Shown one piece after another: positions 59,072-64,000 of a stretch of DNA of 64,000 nt (within the stretch, counting starts at the first letter, position 1; every line of letters starts with the position of its first letter). Under the pieces are notes generated by a model. That model did no database searches and was not told the DNA's origin. It saw only the letters and a program-made list of their open reading frames with translations. The stretch lies in assembly GCA_041613315.1 (NCBI GenBank), contig JBFJHJ010000010.1, positions 10,596 through 74,595 of the forward strand, given 5' to 3'. Origin of the DNA: Gemmatimonadales bacterium. GTDB lineage: Bacteria > Gemmatimonadota > Gemmatimonadetes > Gemmatimonadales > GWC2-71-9. Made by a program: the position numbers and the translations under genes.

Positions 59072-59470
59072 CTACTGCCTCGCCTTAATCCGCTGGTTGA
59101 TCTCCCGTAACGTAAAGAGCATCCGGGTGTTGGTGTGCGTCTCCCACCAGTAGTGGTCGTCGAGTTGCGACGCGTAAACCCAGGCGCCGTAGGCGAACCG
59201 GAGCCCGCCCCAGCGAACGAGCGAGTCCAACGCGGCGCCGAGTGCCACGGTGTCCGCGGTCCCGGCGGCACGCTCGGCGTCGGCCAATCCGCTCCCGGCG
59301 AGAAAGCCCTGGAGATACGCGAGCTTCTGGTCGGGGTTGTACTGCGCCCACGTGATGCCGCTCGCCACGTTCCAGCGCTCTGCATCGCTCTGCGACGACG
59401 CAGCCGTGACGACCGTGGCGGCGGCTCCCACGAGCACGCCTGCCGTTACGAGCCCAAGGGTTCGGTTCAT
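59072..59470 (-). CDS. Hypothetical exported helical protein (132 aa)
   Basis: SD AGGAG, signal peptide, W......QKLAYLQGFLAG...YASQLDDHY. ATGA overlap with the sulfocyanin gene stop. Confidence 0.75.
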   Translation of the reverse strand: MNRTLGLVTAGVLVGAAATVVTAASSQSDAERWNVASGITWAQYNPDQKLAYLQGFLAGSGLADAERAAGTADTVALGAALDSLVRWGGLRFAYGAWVYASQLDDHYWWETHTNTRMLFTLREINQRIKARQ

Positions 59471-60030
59471 GGGCGCGATTCTCCTTTGGACCTGTGCTTC
59501 ATGGCGGGCTCGGCGCCCTCGACGACGTCGAGGCCGATCCACATGCCCGCCACCCCGTGCCCCGGAACGGCGCAGAAGATCATGAACGTGCCGGCGCGGT
59601 CCGCCCGGAAGCGGATGACGTCCGTCTGTCCGGCAGCCAACCCCTGGGCGAGCTTCGTGGAGTACGCCCGCTGGAACGCCGACTCCACCGGTCCCGGAGG
59701 GATCGGCCGGACGTCGTCGATGATCTGCGCGCTGTGGGGCAACACACCGTCCCGGTTGCTGAACGGCATGACGACCCGCCATCCCAGGGGCACGATCACG
59801 GTCAGCTCGCCGTCGGCGAACCCGTTGAAGTTCAGCGCCCCGTTCACACCGTTGTAGCCGGCGATCACGTCAAACGTGACCTGCCGGGCAGCGGCGTCGG
59901 AGATCAACCAGCCCGGGTCGATCTCGGTCGTGCGACCGGATCCCTGGGCGCGGGCGGCGCCCGCCCACAGCAGGGCGATGACGACCGTCCGGCCGATCCG
60001 ACGCAGTCGTTGAAGCTCCATCCGTTGCAT
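59467..60030 (-). CDS. Sulfocyanin (SoxE)-like type-1 blue copper protein
   Basis: SD GAGGAG, signal peptide, LNFNG...G..TVIVPLGWRV, LPHS (His ligand), C-terminal CAVPGHGVAGMW (Cys, His and Met ligands). Confidence 0.88.
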   Translation of the reverse strand: MQRMELQRLRRIGRTVVIALLWAGAARAQGSGRTTEIDPGWLISDAAARQVTFDVIAGYNGVNGALNFNGFADGELTVIVPLGWRVVMPFSNRDGVLPHSAQIIDDVRPIPPGPVESAFQRAYSTKLAQGLAAGQTDVIRFRADRAGTFMIFCAVPGHGVAGMWIGLDVVEGAEPAMKHRSKGESRP

Positions 60031-60108
60031 CACTCCTCGCCTGCGTCGGGGCGCACCGCGCGTCCGCAGGCGTACGCCACCCCCGTATCCGGGGCGAAAG
60101 GGGGACTG

Positions 60109-60156
60109 AAAAAAATGCGTCGGGGGGGCGGCCCGCCAAGCCGCTCCCCCCAGCGC
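60109..60156 (-). terminator. Intrinsic terminator after the PQQ dehydrogenase gene
   Basis: Minus-strand GC stem (GGGGGGAGCGGC...GCCGCCCCCCC) followed by a T7 tract, just after the stop at 60168. Confidence 0.8.
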
Positions 60157-60167
60157 CGAACTCCTGC

Positions 60168-61862
60168 TTACATGCCGCTCTTCGGCAGGCCGAAGACGAA
60201 GACCGTGCTGCCCAGCGGGTAGTTCAGCTGGAAGTTTCCGCCGGCCGCGATGGCGATCATCTGCTCGCCGTCGAGCGAGAACGACATCGGCGCGGCGTTC
60301 GCGCCGGCGCCGCACTGGAACTGCCACAACACCCGACCCGTCCTGGCGTCGTACGCCTTGAACAGCCCGTTGCCCTCGCCGGTGAAGACGAGGCCGCCGG
60401 CCGTGGCCAGTGCGCCCCCCATCATCGGCTGCTCGGTCTTGGCCTGCCAGGTGATCTTGCCGGTGCGGATGTTGATGGCCGTGAAGGTGCCCCACTGCTC
60501 CTCACCGGGGATCGCCACGAAGGCGCTCCCGAGCCAGAGCCGGCCCTTCTCCCACGGGGCGTAGTGCGTCTTGTAGTGCATCGGCTGGTGCAGGCCGAGC
60601 ACGTAGACGTTGTCCGTCTGCGGGGAGTAGGCGATGGGCGACCACTCCGCGCCACCGTTCGCGCCCGGCAGCATCCGCGTGCCTTCGGGCGTCGGCTGGG
60701 CGTACATGTTCTCCTGTGGGACGAACGCCTCGGAGTGCCGGATCAGTCTCCCGGTCTCGGCATCGATGACGTACACCCAACCGGTCTTCCCCGCGTGGAC
60801 CACGACTTTCCGGTTGCCGTCGCGCGCGATGATCGGGGGGCTCGCGGCGTCGAGGTCCCACACGTCATGGGGCAGGTACTGTAGCCCCCACTTCATCCGG
60901 CCGTTGGCCGCGTCTATGGCGACGATCGACTCCGTCCACAGGTTGTCACCGGGCCGAATGGTGCCGTCGAGATCCGGCGACGGGTTGCCGATCCCCATGT
61001 ACAGGGTCTTCGTGTCGGGGTCGTACGCCGGCGTCATCCACATGGAACCGCCGCCCCGCTGCCACGCGTCCGCATGCCTGGCGGAGTCGGCTTTCTCCTT
61101 GGCGATGTTCCGGTTGAGGCTTCGGCCGGTCGCGTCGGTCGTCGCCCACTTGCCCCACCAGCCGCCCTCCGCCGGCGAGGGAATCGTGTGCCAGCGCCAC
61201 GCACGCTGTCCGGTACGAGCATCGTAGGCCGTCACGTTGCCCCGGATGCCGTATTCCGCTCCGGAGGTCCCGACGATCACCTTGTCCTCCGCGAGCAGCG
61301 GGGCCAGGGTGAGGCTGTATCCGCCCGCCGGGTCGTTGTCCTCGACTTCCCACTTGACCTCGCCGGTCTTGGCGTCGAGCGCCACCACGCGGGCGTCCAG
61401 GGTAGCCATGTACACCATACCGTGCCCGATCGCGACGCCCCGGTTGTTCGGGCCGCAGCAGAAGATCGTGGTGCCAAGCTTGTGCTCGTAGCGCCACACT
61501 TCCTTACCCTTCCGCAGATCGTAGGCGAACACCACGTTGTACGGCGTGGTGATGTACATCATGCCGTCGGCCACGATCGGCGTGTTCTCGAAGCTCCCCA
61601 ACCGCTCGATGTTGGTCTGAATGACCATGCGGGGCACGAGCCGCGCGACATTCTGCGAGCTGATCTGGTTGAGCGTCGAGTAGCGCTGGTTGGCGTAGTT
61701 CCCGCCGTACATCAACCAGTCGCCCGGCGCCGGATTCTGCAGCATCTCCGGTGTGACCATAACGTTGGGCACGCGCTCCCCACCGTTGGTCTGCGCGATG
61801 GCCAGAGACGGCAACGCCACCATCAGCGCCGTGATGGAACACCATCGGCCTAGCGCTTTCAT
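60168..61862 (-). CDS. Periplasmic PQQ-dependent alcohol dehydrogenase-family protein, candidate lanthanide-binding
   Basis: SD GAGGAGG, signal peptide, WLMYGG.Y..QRYS.L.QI, vicinal CCGPNNRG, GAEYG, GNPSP, GDNL, HDVWDLD, W-docking repeats (TG..W). No CxxCH heme domain. Confidence 0.93.
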   Translation of the reverse strand: MKALGRWCSITALMVALPSLAIAQTNGGERVPNVMVTPEMLQNPAPGDWLMYGGNYANQRYSTLNQISSQNVARLVPRMVIQTNIERLGSFENTPIVADGMMYITTPYNVVFAYDLRKGKEVWRYEHKLGTTIFCCGPNNRGVAIGHGMVYMATLDARVVALDAKTGEVKWEVEDNDPAGGYSLTLAPLLAEDKVIVGTSGAEYGIRGNVTAYDARTGQRAWRWHTIPSPAEGGWWGKWATTDATGRSLNRNIAKEKADSARHADAWQRGGGSMWMTPAYDPDTKTLYMGIGNPSPDLDGTIRPGDNLWTESIVAIDAANGRMKWGLQYLPHDVWDLDAASPPIIARDGNRKVVVHAGKTGWVYVIDAETGRLIRHSEAFVPQENMYAQPTPEGTRMLPGANGGAEWSPIAYSPQTDNVYVLGLHQPMHYKTHYAPWEKGRLWLGSAFVAIPGEEQWGTFTAINIRTGKITWQAKTEQPMMGGALATAGGLVFTGEGNGLFKAYDARTGRVLWQFQCGAGANAAPMSFSLDGEQMIAIAAGGNFQLNYPLGSTVFVFGLPKSGM

Positions 61863-61965
61863 AAAACCCCTCCTCAATGAGAATCTCCGAATCGATCGCA
61901 CCTCAGAACCATCCACTCCCGTGATTGTCCGATGCAGATTAGGACCACGCGCACAAACCGCCCCA

Positions 61966-64000
61966 CTAGGGGGCGGCGCCAACGGACAGGCCGACATAGG
62001 CGTTCCGCGGCGGTGCCGGCTCATAGTAGCGGCCGCCCCGCGCATTGACCACGACGGACCCGACGTACGTGCTGTCAAACACGTTCTGCACTCCGACGAA
62101 CGGCGCGACGCGCCACCCGGCGATCACCCCCTGCCACCCCACCCGGAGGGCCGTTACCGCCCAGGAGTCGTTGCGCCCGGTATTCTCATCATCTACGTAA
62201 TATCCCGCGCTCCACGTGTTGTCCAGGGCGGCCCAAATGCCCACCGCGGCGCTGTACCGGAGCGAGATATGCGCGTAGTGCCGCGGCACCCCCGGGATCT
62301 CGTTGCCGTCGAGCGTGTCGGCGTCGGTCTGGTACCGGCGAAACCGATGATCGGCATAGGTATACGCCGTCACCACCTGGACACCGGGCACCGGCCGGAC
62401 CCGCAGCTCCAGCTCGGCGCCGCTGTGCCGGGCGAGGCCGGCATTGCGGAAGAACCGGCGGTTCGGAGCGCCCGGGACCTCGAACGGCACGAGCAGGTCG
62501 CGTACGTCCGAATAGAACGCTGCCGCGCTGTACGTCACGTCATCACCCACGCGGCCCCGCAGGCCGACCTCGTAATTCACGGCGCGCTGCGGATCGAGCT
62601 CGGGATTGAACCCGCCGGCTCCCTCGGGCCGGTTGGCGAGCTCCGTCGTGGTCGGTGTCTCGAACGACGTGCCGACGCTGGCGTACGGCCGGATCGTGGG
62701 CGCCGCCTCGTAGCTCACGCCCGCCGTGGCGGAGAGCGCCGACATCACGCGCCGGCCGGAGTCATCGCTGCCGTCGTCGAGAAACCGGTCCTCGGCGCGG
62801 AACCCGACCCGATCGTAGCGCACGCCGAGCGTCACGTCCATCCGCGGCGCGAGGTCGAGCACGACCTCGCCGAACGGGCCGATCTCGAACACGCGCTCGA
62901 ACTGGCTCAGCGTCAGTGCCGAGCGCGTCGGCGTGAAGTTCATGCGGTCGTCGCGCTGCCATTGCGCATCGAAGCCCAGCGTGACGACGTGGCGCGCTCG
63001 ACCGCGGACCAGCGGAACGGTCGCGGTCGCCCGGGAGCCATAGGCCCACCGATCCAGCGAGATGTACGCGAAGGCGAGCGGGTTCTCGAGATCCCGCCGG
63101 AGCCCGAAGAGCGTTGCCGACAGCCGGGCGTCTCCGCCAAAGCGATGGTCCACGCTCACGGCCACCTGCGCCTGCGTCACGGCCTTGCCCGCGTCCGCCG
63201 TCACGTTCCGCGGATCGGCGGCCGCCGGACTCGTGTCCGCCTCGACCCGGGTGAGCGCACCCGGGTTGTCCAGCGTCGGCTGGTCCGCGACGTGCGCGGC
63301 GACGGTGAGCGTCGTCCGCGGCCCCACCGGCTGCCGCAGCCTGGCCTCCGCCCGGCGCGTGTCCGCCTCGCTGTGGTCGCGGAAGCCGTCGGTGGTCGTG
63401 CGAGACGTGGTCACCGAGACGCGCCCACCCCCCAGCGGCACGGCGGCGCCCGCGACCCACTTGCGGAACCCGTACGCGCCCGCCGTCACGCGCGCGGTCG
63501 GGGCGAGCCGCGTGATGGGAGACTGGTCGGTCCATATGCTCACCACACCGCCCGACGCATTGCCGTACAGCGTCGACGAGGAGCTGCGCAAGATCTCGAT
63601 CCGCCCGACGTCGGCGACCTCGACGTTCGTGAGCTGGCCCTGCCCGTCCGGCAACGTCTGCGGCACACCATCCAACAGGACCTTGATGCCCCGTACACCG
63701 AACGCCGAGCGGGCGCCGAACCCGCGGATCGAGAGCCGCTGATCGAGTGAGTAGTTGTAGCGATTGGCCACCATGACACCGGCGAACGCGGCGAGTGCCT
63801 CGTCGAGCCCATCCGTCAGGCGGCCGAGCTGTATCTCATCGCGGTCCACCACGGACACGGCGTACGGCACCCGCGCCAGCTCGCGCTCCGTACGCGTCAC
63901 GGTCACAGTGACCGGCGCGAGCGTGATCACACGCGCGGAGTCCGCGCGCACGGAGTCGCGCGACGCCGCCTGCGGCACCGCGACGGCCGGGAACACGGCC
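61966..64000 (-). CDS. TonB-dependent receptor, YncD/PqqU-like (5' end beyond the window edge)
   Basis: SIRGFGARSAFGVRGIKVLLDGVPQTLPDGQGQ, LYGNASGGV, SFETPTTTEL and YVGSVVVN...YYEPAP.RN match recalled YncD-family motifs. Confidence 0.88.
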   Translation of the reverse strand, partial: AVFPAVAVPQAASRDSVRADSARVITLAPVTVTVTRTERELARVPYAVSVVDRDEIQLGRLTDGLDEALAAFAGVMVANRYNYSLDQRLSIRGFGARSAFGVRGIKVLLDGVPQTLPDGQGQLTNVEVADVGRIEILRSSSSTLYGNASGGVVSIWTDQSPITRLAPTARVTAGAYGFRKWVAGAAVPLGGGRVSVTTSRTTTDGFRDHSEADTRRAEARLRQPVGPRTTLTVAAHVADQPTLDNPGALTRVEADTSPAAADPRNVTADAGKAVTQAQVAVSVDHRFGGDARLSATLFGLRRDLENPLAFAYISLDRWAYGSRATATVPLVRGRARHVVTLGFDAQWQRDDRMNFTPTRSALTLSQFERVFEIGPFGEVVLDLAPRMDVTLGVRYDRVGFRAEDRFLDDGSDDSGRRVMSALSATAGVSYEAAPTIRPYASVGTSFETPTTTELANRPEGAGGFNPELDPQRAVNYEVGLRGRVGDDVTYSAAAFYSDVRDLLVPFEVPGAPNRRFFRNAGLARHSGAELELRVRPVPGVQVVTAYTYADHRFRRYQTDADTLDGNEIPGVPRHYAHISLRYSAAVGIWAALDNTWSAGYYVDDENTGRNDSWAVTALRVGWQGVIAGWRVAPFVGVQNVFDSTYVGSVVVNARGGRYYEPAPPRNAYVGLSVGAAP

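Noticed and set aside
60168..61862. Calling the PQQ enzyme xoxF, mxaF or exaA
   Set aside because: It lacks the GNPxxWN loop and the usual cytochrome c and J-protein neighbours. The substrate cannot be assigned from sequence by eye.
61875..61893. Possible Fur box (AATGAGAATC) upstream of the PQQ dehydrogenase
   Set aside because: Only one half-site matches and there is no inverted repeat.

Overview
A high-GC bacterial chromosome window that is almost entirely coding. Gene content and the FCB-type short sigma70 suggest Gemmatimonadota or a relative (inference from recalled family patterns, not a database search). I see no rRNA, tRNA, CRISPR array, transposase or prophage. Layout: (1) 1-13.2 kb, a tightly coupled housekeeping operon (ruvA, a hidden 53-aa Zn-ribbon ORF, ruvB, queA, tgt, yajC, def, fmt, thiE/thiS/thiG, rsmB, PASTA protein, rpe, TlpA, YbbR-like, tsaD, lgt). 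(2) 13.2-31.8 kb, mostly minus strand (Ser/Thr kinase, BTAD-AAA regulator, Fur-boxed cytochrome c/FTR1 iron permease, acpS, HAD hydrolase, S58 peptidase, response regulator, Zn-finger microprotein, lipid kinase, TamB, TamA/BamA, FprA-like reductase). (3) 32-43 kb (pduO, phzF-like, aroB, a DnaA-box cluster in front of a sigma factor gene, LON-N protein, glcD, HEPN-like ORF, glcE, glcF, ygfZ-like, Nramp-like). (4) 43-56 kb (metalloprotease, M20 amidohydrolase, an NAD-linked formate dehydrogenase whose alpha subunit reads through an in-frame UGA with a SECIS hairpin, fdhD, and a Tat-exported GH38-like protein lacking its catalytic motif). (5) 56-64 kb, the best candidate for an undescribed system: a PQQ dehydrogenase with a vicinal Cys-Cys and a D-x-D metal motif, paired with a sulfocyanin-type blue copper protein instead of a cytochrome c, plus two orphan exported proteins, and bracketed by a YncD/PqqU-like and a second TonB-dependent receptor. 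All family assignments come from motif recognition by eye.
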